Counted from the stretch's first letter, positions 9,430 through 20,959 are shown. The stretch is 64,000 nucleotides of DNA from Coprothermobacterota bacterium (GCA_036679065.1 JAZIGN010000001.1:192001-256000); one strand, 5' to 3'. Numbers and translations: made by a program. The notes: generated by a model not told the origin, from the sequence alone.

Positions 9430-10255
9430 ATCCACAGTTTCCAAAGCATTAGAGGACTTGGGTTACGTGGTTGTGGATAACGTTCCTGTGGACCTGCTTC
9501 ACAATCTCTTAGAGCTTTATGAGGCAAAGAATCAAGAACAACTGGTGGCTGTGGTGGTGGACAGTCGGAGTTTGCGGCACCAAGGAGAAGTTTCGAAGTT
9601 TGTTACTGATCTGATAGATCTGAAGAACAGGATGCCCTTAAGCGTAATTTTCCTTGAGGCTAGTACAGACACATTGCTTTCCAGATTCAACTTAACTAGG
9701 CACTTGCACCCGTTGGTTCACGCTACAGGCAGTCGCCTAGCACTTATAGAGGCTATTGAGAGAGAGAAAGAGCTCATGTCGGAGCTTCGAGATGTAAGCG
9801 ATGTAGTTATTGACACCACGGGCATGAAAGAACGTGATCTGGTTTATCAAGTGGAGAACTTTATTGGGAAGGATAGGGGACCCGAGTTTTACTTGATAAG
9901 TTTTAGCTATCAGCGGGGACTTCCTACTAACGCTGATATGGTTTATGATGCTAGAGTATTTCGGAACCCTTATTACGTGGACGAGTTACGTACATTAACT
10001 GGTCTAGACGAATCTGTGGCAGACTATGTTAGGGGAGACGGGAATTACGAGCATTTTTTGAAGCTATGGGTTGAACTGGCGGAAAGAAGTTATCATGAGC
10101 ACATAAAGCTGGGTAAACCCTATTTGGTCATAGGTGTGGGTTGCACTGGAGGCCAGCATCGTAGTGTTTTGGTGGTTAGGGATTTGAACGACCAGCTTAC
10201 AAAGAATGGCCACAAAGTCATTACGTGGCACCGCGAGTTAGGTAGTGTCAATTAG
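9386..10255 (+). CDS. rapZ: RNase adaptor RapZ/YvcJ
   Basis: VTGLSGAGKS, VDNVP, DARVFRNPYY, GCTGGQHRSV. Confidence 0.95.
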   Translation: MQKVIVVTGLSGAGKSTVSKALEDLGYVVVDNVPVDLLHNLLELYEAKNQEQLVAVVVDSRSLRHQGEVSKFVTDLIDLKNRMPLSVIFLEASTDTLLSRFNLTRHLHPLVHATGSRLALIEAIEREKELMSELRDVSDVVIDTTGMKERDLVYQVENFIGKDRGPEFYLISFSYQRGLPTNADMVYDARVFRNPYYVDELRTLTGLDESVADYVRGDGNYEHFLKLWVELAERSYHEHIKLGKPYLVIGVGCTGGQHRSVLVVRDLNDQLTKNGHKVITWHRELGSVN

Positions 10256-11078
10256 TGAGAATTTCTGGAACGAGATTTCTACCGTAGAGATCACTAATCC
10301 TCTTTCCGAGTTAGTAGGTTTTTTGTTGGGCTCTGGCGAAATAGACTTTCAGGGCAACGTATTCGTGAGTTTTAGACGGGCACAGCCCGTCAGAAGAGCA
10401 ATCCAGGTCATGGAAATGTTAGAAGGCACTTGTGAAGTACAGTTCCACAGAAAACGTTCCGCATCTTCTCGTCAAACATATGTGCTAAAGAGTCATCTCC
10501 CTAAAGACATCTTTGACTCGGTTTCTACCTTGGTCACTGGCAGTCTTGATTGGCATATCATAAGGGGCATAATGCTGAGCACTGGCTACATATCTGATCT
10601 CAACCCATGGTACCATGCCACCTTGGACGTAGAAGTTTTGGAACAAGCTAAGAAGGTTGAACAATGGCTTTCAAAGCGTGTTGGAGCGGTCTATCTCATT
10701 ACTAAGCAGAGTACTAACACTATTCATTTAAGATCTTACGAAGCACTTTACAAGTTTGTTGATGGTTTGGGCGCGGTGAAAACCAGGGAAGAGATTTATG
10801 CACACCATTTCATGCGAGAGAAAAAGCTCGCGGCACAGCGTTTAGCAAACTGTGATAACGCTAATTTGAAGCGTCAGGTGGCAAAGTATGAGTTTCACAG
10901 GAAGCTTTTTGAAACTGGCGATTTGACCAAGCTGACCGACGTTGAGTATGCTGTCTTGAAGCTGCGTGTCGAGCATCCTGAGTTCTCCTATGGGGACATG
11001 GCTGAAAAGCTAGGCGTATCCAAGAGCAAGGTGGCTCGAGCATTAAGAAACATTGAGGAGAAGCTAAGTGGCGAATAG
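10245..11078 (+). CDS. whiA: DNA-binding protein WhiA
   Basis: RG..LSTGYISD..YH, RLANCDNAN, LRVEHPEFS..SKSKV; follows rapZ. Confidence 0.85.
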   Translation: MSISENFWNEISTVEITNPLSELVGFLLGSGEIDFQGNVFVSFRRAQPVRRAIQVMEMLEGTCEVQFHRKRSASSRQTYVLKSHLPKDIFDSVSTLVTGSLDWHIIRGIMLSTGYISDLNPWYHATLDVEVLEQAKKVEQWLSKRVGAVYLITKQSTNTIHLRSYEALYKFVDGLGAVKTREEIYAHHFMREKKLAAQRLANCDNANLKRQVAKYEFHRKLFETGDLTKLTDVEYAVLKLRVEHPEFSYGDMAEKLGVSKSKVARALRNIEEKLSGE

Positions 11079-12066
11079 CGGTAAAGGTAGACAGAAGCCC
11101 AAAGCAAAACAACGGCTCACATTAAAAGGGAAGCAGACACTTAGGCCTCATCTTTCTGAAGGGTTGGAACTTCCTTTTACTGAGTTCTTGGTGCGGTACG
11201 GCGGTTTTGGCCCAGAGGAATTGGTTGAAGAGACTGTTCCTTCTGGTGTGGGACAGACAATCGATTGGGACATGGTAGAAGCGCAAGTAGATATGCTTTT
11301 TGATGAAAAGGAACTTCCAGTAGTGAATAGATTACTTGGGTCATTGGATCACCTTGGTTATCTCGGATCAGATTTGACCGAACTGGCTGAGCAGTTGAAA
11401 GTGGACGTGGAGTACGTCAGTGAGGTACGAAAGAAACTTATGAGGGAAGTAGAGCCATTTGGGCTGGGTTCGCTGAGTCAACGAGAATTTAGGCAGTTGC
11501 TTAAGGACCTAAAATTGGATTTGCGTGATCATCCCATTGATCTACCCGAGGAACGCACCAGAGCGACCACTCCAGATTTTGCTTTGGAACTTGTCGACGG
11601 TCAACTTGAAGTTAAGGTCAGTGACAAATACGAATATCTGATACAGAATACACAAGGTATTCCGAGGATGGTTGCTGAATACAGGAAAGACTTAATAATG
11701 AGGCTTGGCAAGTTCCTTGTCCAGCACTGCGGGGACAAGATTCTCACACATGAGCCCTGCTTTGTAACGTTAGATAATGCTGCTCATGAGCTGGGAGTTT
11801 CAAAGTCCACGGTATCACGTTTGGTTAGAAGCAAGGCATTTACTTTTGAAGGCAAGGTTTACCCCGTGGAGCAGTACTTCGGCAGGAGTGTGAAAGGCGT
11901 GCCACAGGAAGAATTGATGTTAGAAATAATCAACATATTGAAATCAATGCCCACGGCCACCGATGCACAAGTTGCCCAGTTGCTTCGTCTTCGTAGGGGC
12001 TGGAGGTTTTCCCGGCGTACTGTGAATAAATACAGACACCTGGTGGCCGAATATTTGCAGGACTAA
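11068..12066 (+). CDS. rpoN: Sigma-54 (RpoN/SigL)-like factor, unusually short
   Basis: LDHLGYL, EPFGLG, HTH ELGVSKSTVSR, RpoN box SRRTVNKYR; lies between whiA and gap. Confidence 0.8.
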   Translation: MANSGKGRQKPKAKQRLTLKGKQTLRPHLSEGLELPFTEFLVRYGGFGPEELVEETVPSGVGQTIDWDMVEAQVDMLFDEKELPVVNRLLGSLDHLGYLGSDLTELAEQLKVDVEYVSEVRKKLMREVEPFGLGSLSQREFRQLLKDLKLDLRDHPIDLPEERTRATTPDFALELVDGQLEVKVSDKYEYLIQNTQGIPRMVAEYRKDLIMRLGKFLVQHCGDKILTHEPCFVTLDNAAHELGVSKSTVSRLVRSKAFTFEGKVYPVEQYFGRSVKGVPQEELMLEIINILKSMPTATDAQVAQLLRLRRGWRFSRRTVNKYRHLVAEYLQD

Positions 12067-12103
12067 AAAGCTCGATCGCATAAAAGTCGCTTAACTCATG
12101 TTT

Positions 12104-13153
<1,050 letters not shown>

Positions 13154-13154
13154 T

Positions 13155-14336
13155 ATGAAGTTAAGAAGCATCCGAGAAGCTGAGGTCAGGAATAAGCGTG
13201 TCATTGTTCGAGTCGACTTCAATGTACCTTTGGATGCGGAAGGCAATGTTGCAGATGACTTTCGCATAAGGGCTGCTCTTCCCACCATTGAGTATTTGGT
13301 GGAAAATGGAGCAAAAATCATACTAATCTCACACCTGGGTAGGCCCAAGGGCAAGCGAGACAAGAAATACAGTCTGGTCGGTGTGGCAAAAAGACTTGCG
13401 GAGCTTCTTCATAAAGAGATCCTTTTTGCTCCTGATGTAGTAGGCGAGGAAGTTGAATTGGCAGTGAATGGTTTGAGGCCAGGGGATATTCTGCTGTGCG
13501 AAAATGTACGCTTCCACGAAGAGGAAGAAAAGAACGATGCCGAATTTGCAAAGAAGATCGCTAGCTTGGGTGAAGTCTTCGTAAACGATGCATTCTCGGC
13601 TAGTCACCGTGCTCATGCCACTGTGGAAGCCATAACAAAGTTTCTTCCATCATACGCGGGCTTTCTCATGGAGAAAGAGGTTAACTACTTATCTATGCTT
13701 ACAGAGAACCCTCAACGACCCTACTATCTTGTTCTTGGTGGTGCTAAGGTAAGCGACAAAGTTGCGCTTCTACAAAATCTGTTACCAAAAGTAGACGGCA
13801 TGGTGATCGGTGGAGCCATGGTTTTCACTTTCTGGAAGGCTCAAGGGAAGGAAACTGGCAAGTCCATAGTAGAGGGCGATCTAGTCGGATTCGCTAAAGA
13901 CCTGCTTGAGCAGGCTACTTCGCAGAACAAGGAGATAATTCTTGCGAAAGACTTTGTAGTCGCTGATGAGAACAGAGAACACATAGAAATCAAAAACATT
14001 AACGATTTTGGAGCTACGGATATCGGGTACGACATTGGGCCTGAAAGCATCAAAGATTTCAAAAATACACTGGTCAAAGCGAGAACGGTTTTCTGGAACG
14101 GACCACTGGGGCTTTTCGAAGATCCGAAGTTTGCCGAGGGTACAAAACAAATCGGTGCGTTCTTAGCAGATTTCCCAGGTAGCGTCGTAGTTGGCGGTGG
14201 TGATACGGCTAACGCTGTTAGGGAAATGGGGCTTTTCGATAAATTCGCTCATGTGAGTACTGGTGGAGGAGCTTCATTAGAGTTCCTTGAAGGAAAACTG
14301 CTTCCGGGAATTGCTCCACTGGTGGTGGAGGGTTGA
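13155..14336 (+). CDS. pgk: Phosphoglycerate kinase
   Basis: RVDFNVP, SHLGRP, GGAKVSDK, STGGGASLEFLEG. Confidence 0.98.
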   Translation: MKLRSIREAEVRNKRVIVRVDFNVPLDAEGNVADDFRIRAALPTIEYLVENGAKIILISHLGRPKGKRDKKYSLVGVAKRLAELLHKEILFAPDVVGEEVELAVNGLRPGDILLCENVRFHEEEEKNDAEFAKKIASLGEVFVNDAFSASHRAHATVEAITKFLPSYAGFLMEKEVNYLSMLTENPQRPYYLVLGGAKVSDKVALLQNLLPKVDGMVIGGAMVFTFWKAQGKETGKSIVEGDLVGFAKDLLEQATSQNKEIILAKDFVVADENREHIEIKNINDFGATDIGYDIGPESIKDFKNTLVKARTVFWNGPLGLFEDPKFAEGTKQIGAFLADFPGSVVVGGGDTANAVREMGLFDKFAHVSTGGGASLEFLEGKLLPGIAPLVVEG

Positions 14337-15061
14337 TCGCCTTGCGCTACGTTTTTGGCAACTGGAAGATGAATGGTACCTTGGCTTTTGCCAAGGAGTA
14401 CGTAGATAAATTGTTAGAATTGGTGCGGCCTGCTTCAGTGCAGGTCGCACTTTTTCCGCCTTTTACCGCTTTGTGCAGTTTCTCCGATTTTGTAAGCGGT
14501 ACTTTCTTGAAGTTTGGCGCTCAGAACATGCATTATGAAGACTCAGGTGCTTTCACTGGAGAAATATCACCGGTCATGTTGAAAGAGTTTGACGTGGATT
14601 ACGTGCTTATTGGTCATTCCGAGAGGCGTCACATTTTTCTTGAAAATGATGAGATGCTTATGAAGAAAGTTGAAGCAGCTCACAGGCACGATATTCCAGT
14701 AGTGTTTTGTGTGGGAGAAACATTAGAAGAAAGGCGAAGTGGAATAACAAAAGACATTCTAAAACGTCAACTTATCTTGGTACAGGACATTTTGAGCACT
14801 GGTGACATCGTCGCTTACGAACCTGTTTGGGCCATAGGAACGGGTGTTACGCCTACCATGGACGAAATTGGTGAAAGCATTTCATGGGTGAAGGAATTAC
14901 TGAAGGCAGAGTTACCTGTTCTTTATGGTGGTAGTGTGAACAAAGGCAATGCTGCTGACATTGCAAGTGTTTCCGAGGTAGATGGAGTTTTGGTAGGCGG
15001 AGCTAGCCTAAAAGTTGAAGAATTTGCTATTATAATAAAAGCGTTCGACCAGAATATTTAG
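14333..15061 (+). CDS. tpiA: Triosephosphate isomerase
   Basis: GNWKMN, GHSERR, AYEPVWAIGTG, YGGSV. Confidence 0.98.
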   Translation: MIALRYVFGNWKMNGTLAFAKEYVDKLLELVRPASVQVALFPPFTALCSFSDFVSGTFLKFGAQNMHYEDSGAFTGEISPVMLKEFDVDYVLIGHSERRHIFLENDEMLMKKVEAAHRHDIPVVFCVGETLEERRSGITKDILKRQLILVQDILSTGDIVAYEPVWAIGTGVTPTMDEIGESISWVKELLKAELPVLYGGSVNKGNAADIASVSEVDGVLVGGASLKVEEFAIIIKAFDQNI

Positions 15062-15079
15062 CTGCGAGGTGTTTAGCTG

Positions 15080-15298
15080 ATGAAACAAGTGATCATGATT
15101 GTGTTAGGAATAGTGTCCTTTGTGCTTTTGCTGCTTATAACCCTACAAGAGCCAAAGGAGGAAGGTTTGGGAGCAATTGGTGGCTCTGCCTCAATGTTTC
15201 ACGGTGCTTCACCAAGAAGTAAGTTGTTCGACAAACTTATCATAGGTTTTGGTGTTGCCTATGTGCTGCTAGTTATTTTAGCGGTAGTGCTAAAATAG
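15080..15298 (+). CDS. secG: Preprotein translocase SecG
   Basis: Two TM helices separated by LQEPKEEGLGAIGG; follows glycolytic genes. Confidence 0.88.
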   Translation: MKQVIMIVLGIVSFVLLLLITLQEPKEEGLGAIGGSASMFHGASPRSKLFDKLIIGFGVAYVLLVILAVVLK

Positions 15299-15353
15299 TA
15301 GTTGTCAGCAATATGTAACTGGCGAAGCATCAACAAAAAAGAAGTTAATAGCA

Positions 15354-15397
15354 CGCTTGTTTAGTCATGCTGGCTAGGCAATGCGCAAGTAGGAGGT
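15354..15397 (+). promoter_or_regulatory. Structured rpsO leader (candidate S15 autoregulatory RNA)
   Basis: Hairpin CGC-TTGTTTAGTCA/TGGCTAGGCAA-TGCG with several G-U pairs, just upstream of SD AGGAGG. Confidence 0.45.
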
Positions 15398-15403
15398 ATG
15401 GAA

Positions 15404-15667
15404 ATGGATAAAGAGATTAAGCGTAAAATTATTGAAGAGTATGCAACGCATTCTGGAGACACCGGATCACCTGAAGTGCAGGTGGCATTGCTTACGTACA
15501 GGATTCAAAACCTGACAGAGCACTTGAAGAAAAACCCGAAGGATGTGCATTCCAGAAGAGGTCTAATTCTCATGGTAAGTAAACGTAGAAAGTTGCTTAA
15601 CTACCTAAAAGAGAAGTCTCCAGAACGTTACCAGACTTTGATTCAGCGCTTAGGGTTGAGACGTTAG
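15404..15667 (+). CDS. rpsO: 30S ribosomal protein S15
   Basis: [25 protein letters not shown] 15404 gives correct SD spacing. Confidence 0.98.
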
Positions 15668-15668
15668 T

Positions 15669-17762
15669 ATGATAGAACGTAAGAAAATAGAAGTTACTGG
15701 TACAGTAGCTGGAAAGAAAGTTATTTTCCAATCGGGCTTTTTGGCATTGCAAGCAAACGGGGCTGTCCTAGCTCGTTTTGGGGATACAGTGGCGTTATCC
15801 ACTGTGTTAATGAGCTCAGAACCCAAATTGGATATAGACTTCTTTCCTCTTACTGTGGATTATGAAGAAAAGTCATATGCTGTGGGAAAGATTCCTGGAG
15901 GCTTTTTTAAGAAGGAAGGACGTCCCACTGATATGGAGATACTAAAGGCAAGGCTTATTGACAGATCTATTCGCCCAATGTTTCCTGATGGCATGAGAAA
16001 CGAAGTTCAAGTGTTAAACATGATTCTTGCCGCCGACATGGAGAATCCGCCTGACATTGTGGCTTTAAACGGAACTGCTGCCGCTCTGGCTGTATCGGAT
16101 ATACCGATTCCGGAGTTAATTGCAGGGGTTAGGGTAGGATATATTGATGGTGAATACGTGCTTAATCCCACTTTTGCTGAAATGAGTGAGAGCCAGCTGG
16201 ATCTGGTAGTAGCTGGAACCAGAGACAGCATTGTAATGATTGAAGCAGGTGCCGCTGAGGTTGATAAAAGCATTCTTATTGGCGGCTTGAAATTTGCTCA
16301 AGAGGGTATTCGCCAAATTATCGATCTGATTGCAGAATTAAAGGAAAAAGTTGGACGACCTAAAGCAGAAATTACCGTGGTATCATTCCCGCAAGAGCAA
16401 TTGGATTTCATGCGAAATCATGAAGACAGGTTTAGGGCGGCACTCATTACCCCTATAAAGCAAGAACGCGAAAGGGCTGTGAGTGAACTAAAGAAAGCGC
16501 TTTTCCAGGAAATGCTGGAAGTATTCCCCGATTTGGACGAAGCCATGTTTAATCTCATGTTTGGTGAGGTTGAAAAGGAAGTTGTGCGAGCCTATATGAA
16601 ATCCACAAGAAAACGGGTGGATGGAAGGGCTTTTGATGAAATAAGGCCTTTGTACGCCGAAAGTAGTGTGCTACCCAAGGTTCATGGGTCAGGCCTGTTT
16701 ATTAGGGGGCAGACTCAGGTTCTTTCAACAGTGACGCTTGGAAGCTTCAGCGACGTACAGTTCATTGATGCCATTGGTTTGGAAGAGTTCAAGCGGTTCA
16801 TGCACCAATACGATTTTCCGCCGTTTAGCACTGGTGAGGTAAAACCACGCCGTGGTCCTTCAAGGAGAGAAATAGGTCACGGTGCTCTGGTAGAGAGAGC
16901 TCTTTCTTACCTTATTCCCTCTGAGGAGGTATTTCCATATACCATAAGGGTGGTTAGTGAGGTACTTGAAAGTAATGGCTCTACCTCTATGGCAAGCACG
17001 TGCGCTAGTTCTATTGCGCTTATGAGTGCTGGCGTCACCATGGCTCGGCATGTGGGTGGTATTGCCATGGGTTTGATAGAGTACAACGACGAGAACGTCG
17101 TGCTAACGGATATCCAAGGTCTTGAGGACCATCTGGGTGATATGGACTTTAAAGTAGCTGGAACTCGAGAGGGTATAACCGCTTTGCAGCTTGATGTAAA
17201 AGTTAAAGGCATAAGTGTCGAGACACTGGATAAGGCCATTGATCAAGCAGAAGTAGCTAGAAGTAAGATATTGGATGTGCTTTACGATGCCATACCCTCA
17301 CCTAGACCATTGTCTGAGACAGCTCCTAGAATTGTTAAGATAGAAATACCTGTGGACAAGATTGGTGAAGTCATTGGCCCCGGCGGTAGAAATGTGAAAA
17401 GGATTACGCAGGAAACGGGTGCTACCATTGACATAAGGGAAGATGGCGTTGCTTTTGTCAAAGGCTTGACAGACGAATCGGTCAACATGGCAAAGCAGCA
17501 GGTCGAAATGATAGTTAAAGATCCCGAAGTGGGTGAAGAACTTACCGCTCGGGTGGTACGTGTTACCCCGTCCTATGCCATAGTGGAGATAGCTCCTGGC
17601 AAAACGGGCTTGCTTCATGTATCAGAGGTATCGGAGACACGTATAAGGTCTTTAGAGGACGTTTTGTCTGTTGGTCAGACCATAAAGGTTTGGGTAAAAG
17701 AGAAAGATGGAGAAGGACGTCTGAGGTTCTCGGCAAAGGAGAAGAAGAGCGAGGCACATTAG
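15669..17762 (+). CDS. pnp: Polyribonucleotide nucleotidyltransferase
   Basis: [39 protein letters not shown] and S1 domains. Confidence 0.98.
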   Translation: MIERKKIEVTGTVAGKKVIFQSGFLALQANGAVLARFGDTVALSTVLMSSEPKLDIDFFPLTVDYEEKSYAVGKIPGGFFKKEGRPTDMEILKARLIDRSIRPMFPDGMRNEVQVLNMILAADMENPPDIVALNGTAAALAVSDIPIPELIAGVRVGYIDGEYVLNPTFAEMSESQLDLVVAGTRDSIVMIEAGAAEVDKSILIGGLKFAQEGIRQIIDLIAELKEKVGRPKAEITVVSFPQEQLDFMRNHEDRFRAALITPIKQERERAVSELKKALFQEMLEVFPDLDEAMFNLMFGEVEKEVVRAYMKSTRKRVDGRAFDEIRPLYAESSVLPKVHGSGLFIRGQTQVLSTVTLGSFSDVQFIDAIGLEEFKRFMHQYDFPPFSTGEVKPRRGPSRREIGHGALVERALSYLIPSEEVFPYTIRVVSEVLESNGSTSMASTCASSIALMSAGVTMARHVGGIAMGLIEYNDENVVLTDIQGLEDHLGDMDFKVAGTREGITALQLDVKVKGISVETLDKAIDQAEVARSKILDVLYDAIPSPRPLSETAPRIVKIEIPVDKIGEVIGPGGRNVKRITQETGATIDIREDGVAFVKGLTDESVNMAKQQVEMIVKDPEVGEELTARVVRVTPSYAIVEIAPGKTGLLHVSEVSETRIRSLEDVLSVGQTIKVWVKEKDGEGRLRFSAKEKKSEAH

Positions 17763-17774
17763 CAGGAACAGTTG

Positions 17775-18335
17775 ATGAACCAGGAATTGTGGAAAGAACT
17801 AGAACAATTTGCTTTGAACTGCAAGGCTTGCGAACTTTGTAAAACGAGAAGAAATGTAGTATTCGGTTCAGGTGACCCTAACTCAAGGTTGTGGCTAGTA
17901 GGGGAGGCGCCTGGATCGAATGAAGATGAGCAAGGATTACCTTTTGTAGGTCAAGCTGGAGCCATCTTGGACACGTTTCTAGAAAAGAATGGGTTCAAGA
18001 GGCACAGCTTGTTTATCACAAATGTTATAAAGTGTAGACCTCCAAACAATGCAGATCCCACAGAAGACCAAAAGAGCAATTGCTTTCCAATTTTAGCAGC
18101 GCAGCTTGCCATTGGTAAGCCAAAATACATTTTGGCACTGGGAAGGCATGCTGCCGAGGCATTTGTTCCAAAACCTTTTAGGAGTATTAAGGAAATTAGG
18201 GGTCAAGTTGTTTTGTCAGGTGAAACTAAAGTTGTGGTGACATATCATCCTGCTGCTGTTCTTAGAAATCCTCGACTTGGTGAGATTGTTGAGCACGACA
18301 TACAAATGATGTCAAGATTAATTGCTGGAGAGTGA
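17775..18335 (+). CDS. Uracil-DNA glycosylase family 4 (Fe-S)
   Basis: CKAC, GEAPG, PFVG, KCRPP, YHPAA. Confidence 0.93.
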   Translation: MNQELWKELEQFALNCKACELCKTRRNVVFGSGDPNSRLWLVGEAPGSNEDEQGLPFVGQAGAILDTFLEKNGFKRHSLFITNVIKCRPPNNADPTEDQKSNCFPILAAQLAIGKPKYILALGRHAAEAFVPKPFRSIKEIRGQVVLSGETKVVVTYHPAAVLRNPRLGEIVEHDIQMMSRLIAGE

Positions 18336-18337
18336 AT

Positions 18338-19987
18338 ATGATAAGGTTTTATGCGCTTGGTGGTTTAGGAGAGATTGGAAAGAATCTATATGTATTGGAA
18401 AAAGATGGGAAGATTTTGGTACTCGATTGTGGTCTAAAGTTTTCTGATGTGCCCGGTGTGGACTTTTTGTTACCAGATTTTTCTTACCTTGAGAAAAGGT
18501 CGAAAGACATACTTGGCCTTTTTTTAAGTCACGGGCATGAAGATCACATAGGAGGAGTACCTTTTTTCCTTCAAAAGGTGAAAGTGCCCGTGTTTGGCTC
18601 AAGGCTTAGTTTGGAACTAGTCAAGGCTAACTTAGGATCTAGGGCTGCCGAGTATGAATTTGTTGAAGTTAAGGCAGGAGAGTCGCAAAAGCTGGGCCCC
18701 TTCAAACTCGATTTCGTGGAAATGAGGCACTCTATTCCAGAAGCGCTGGGGTTGTACGTGGAAACAGATGAAGCTAACATTTTCTTCACTGGAGATTACA
18801 AAATTGAGGTCGCTCCTGTTTCGGGTAAGCCCACAGACTTCAAGGCTTTAGCAAGTATTGGAGAAAGAGGCGTAGATTTCTTGCTTGCTGATTCCACTAA
18901 TGCTGAACCTGCCATGATGTGGAATGGCGGCGCAAGCGCTGGAGATTGCCTAACAGAACAACAGGTCTACGAGCTACTTGCAAAGGAAATCAGTGAGTCC
19001 AGTGGACGAGTCATTGTAAGCACGTTTGCTTCGCACATTGACCGTATTCAGCAAATACTAAAAATAGCAGAAAAGGAAGAGCGAAGCGTCGCTATTGAAG
19101 GTCGTAGCTTGATTAGAAATCTGAAAATTGCTGAGAAGTTGGGATATTTGGACGGACTGGGCCACCGCATAGTGACGTCCCAGACGCTGGAGTCCTTACC
19201 CAGGGAGAAGCAAATGATTATAGCTAGTGGTAGTCAGGGAGAGCCTCTGTCGGCGTTAGTCAGGATTTCTTCAGGTATTCACAAGCGAGTCAGATTAGAA
19301 AGAGGCGACAAGGTAATCATAGCTGCATATCCCATTCCCGGTAATGAGCGGGCGGTGACTGATGTAATCAATAGTTTGCTTTACAAAGGTGCTGAGGTCC
19401 GTTTCATCCACAGCTCAGGGCACCCTTGCACTGGGAAGGACCATCAGCTCATAATGCTGAATTTGATTAAACCAAAGTATTTAGTGCCCATTCATGGTGA
19501 ATGGCAGCACTTGGTTGGCCACGCTGAGATAGGAAAGCGAGCTGGACTCCCTGGTGAAAATATTTTCCTTTTGGAAAATGGAGATGTGCTCGTCTACGAA
19601 AAAGAAAAAGGCCAGCCTCGAGTCAAGAAACACGGCATTGAAAATGTGGGAGCTCTGATTGTGGACGGCATACTTAGTAAGGTTGAGGCTGCTGTAGCAA
19701 TAAAGGAAAGGATGAAAATAGGTTCTGAGGGCGTCGTTATTGTGGAGGCAATCTTTGACGAAAAGCAAAGCGCTTGGTTGGTCGACACCGTGATGTTGGG
19801 TGTGGTCACGGATTCCTCCCAGAGTAGTGTTAGTCAGACTCTCAATGGTCTTATTGCACGCATGCTAAACGAGAATACTGCCTCAGATCAGAAAGAAATC
19901 GAACAGAGCATTGCTTCCACAGTAAAAGATTATCTAAAAAGCATGAACCAATACCCTGAGGTTGTAGTTAGACTGAACTCGATTTAA
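18338..19987 (+). CDS. rnj: Ribonuclease J
   Basis: LGGLGEIGKN, HGHEDHIG, HSIP, TGDYK, GSQGEP, HSSGH, PIHGE. Confidence 0.95.
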   Translation: MIRFYALGGLGEIGKNLYVLEKDGKILVLDCGLKFSDVPGVDFLLPDFSYLEKRSKDILGLFLSHGHEDHIGGVPFFLQKVKVPVFGSRLSLELVKANLGSRAAEYEFVEVKAGESQKLGPFKLDFVEMRHSIPEALGLYVETDEANIFFTGDYKIEVAPVSGKPTDFKALASIGERGVDFLLADSTNAEPAMMWNGGASAGDCLTEQQVYELLAKEISESSGRVIVSTFASHIDRIQQILKIAEKEERSVAIEGRSLIRNLKIAEKLGYLDGLGHRIVTSQTLESLPREKQMIIASGSQGEPLSALVRISSGIHKRVRLERGDKVIIAAYPIPGNERAVTDVINSLLYKGAEVRFIHSSGHPCTGKDHQLIMLNLIKPKYLVPIHGEWQHLVGHAEIGKRAGLPGENIFLLENGDVLVYEKEKGQPRVKKHGIENVGALIVDGILSKVEAAVAIKERMKIGSEGVVIVEAIFDEKQSAWLVDTVMLGVVTDSSQSSVSQTLNGLIARMLNENTASDQKEIEQSIASTVKDYLKSMNQYPEVVVRLNSI

Positions 19988-20047
19988 GAAGTTTACATTT
20001 GGGCTGTTAGTTTTTGAAGTTTCAATGAAAACAAGGGGGTGAGTGTG

Positions 20048-20431
20048 ATGCTTAAGGGGTTTAAAGCTTTTCTGTCTAGGGGCAATGTATTGGATTTGGC
20101 TATCGCAGTCATCATAGGAGCCGCTTTCAACAGTGTAGTCAAATCTCTTGTGGAGGACATCTTTACACCTTTGTTGGGAATGTTGGGTGGTCTGCCCGAT
20201 TTTAGCAGCTGGAAAGTTGGGCCGTTGATGCTTGGCTCCTTTGTTAACAGCCTTCTTTCGTTTTTGTTTACCGCCGCAGTAATTTATTTTGTGCTGGTGG
20301 CGCCAGCTGAAGCCTTGAAAAATGCTGCGAAAGAAAAACAAAGAGCTGAAACTTTGGACAAAGCTACAGAGACGCCACCTGAAGAAATCCAGTTACTTCG
20401 ACGCATTGTGGAACTGCTTGAAAAGAAATGA
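20048..20431 (+). CDS. mscL: Large-conductance mechanosensitive channel
   Basis: FKAFLSRGNVLDLAIAVIIGAAF. Confidence 0.96.
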   Translation: MLKGFKAFLSRGNVLDLAIAVIIGAAFNSVVKSLVEDIFTPLLGMLGGLPDFSSWKVGPLMLGSFVNSLLSFLFTAAVIYFVLVAPAEALKNAAKEKQRAETLDKATETPPEEIQLLRRIVELLEKK

Positions 20432-20457
20432 GGTTCGCTAGAGCACTTCCATAGAAA

Positions 20458-20805
20458 CTAATCTCGTTTTGGAATGACGCAGATGAATTTCCACACGCTG
20501 TTTCCTGTATTTTCATAGCCATGTATGATATCGGGTGCCACATAGAGAGCATCTCCTGGCTGTACGTCAATTGGCTCCTCACCAACAGTAATCCTTCCCT
20601 GTCCTTCCAATGTATATATCTCGTGCTCCCATGAATGCCTATGCGGATACATTTTTGCACCTACTGGGAACTCGAATAAGCGCATCTCAAAATGGGGTAC
20701 GCCAATGTCTTTATGAAGTAGCCACCGTATGGTGACACCCCCCTCTGTTCCAGCCACTTCTTCTGGTTCCACATCTCTGTAATTCACTTTGTAATGTGTT
20801 GACAT
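20458..20805 (-). CDS. Cupin domain protein
   Basis: HRHSWEHEIY..EG and PDIIHGY cupin motifs; SD GGAGGTG. Confidence 0.9.
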   Translation of the reverse strand: MSTHYKVNYRDVEPEEVAGTEGGVTIRWLLHKDIGVPHFEMRLFEFPVGAKMYPHRHSWEHEIYTLEGQGRITVGEEPIDVQPGDALYVAPDIIHGYENTGNSVWKFICVIPKRD

Positions 20806-20847
20806 TTAGGTTTCACCTCCGTTACTCCTATTCTAACATTCATGCTG

Positions 20848-20856
20848 TGATATAAT
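20848..20856 (+). promoter_or_regulatory. Extended -10 promoter of rpsB operon
   Basis: TG-A-TATAAT; back-to-back with the cupin promoter TG-T-TAGAAT on the minus strand. Confidence 0.6.
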
Positions 20857-20874
20857 AAGTAAGCTGAGAGCAAG

Positions 20875-20959
20875 CACGCTCCGTGTTGCCATGGTTCCCA
20901 CATGCTCTATTTGCATGGGTGCAGGAGCGGAAGACTAAAAACCATATGGAGGTGTTTTT
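20875..20959 (+). promoter_or_regulatory. rpsB (S2) leader RNA
   Basis: CGCTCC/GGAGCG outer stem, CATGC/GCATG inner hairpin, ATGGTT (20891-96) complementary to AACCAT (20940-45) next to SD. Confidence 0.6.

Noticed and set aside
15371..15384. TGGCTAGGCAATGC as a sigma-54 -24/-12 promoter
   Set aside because: GG to GC spacing is 9, not the required 10; better explained as the rpsO leader hairpin
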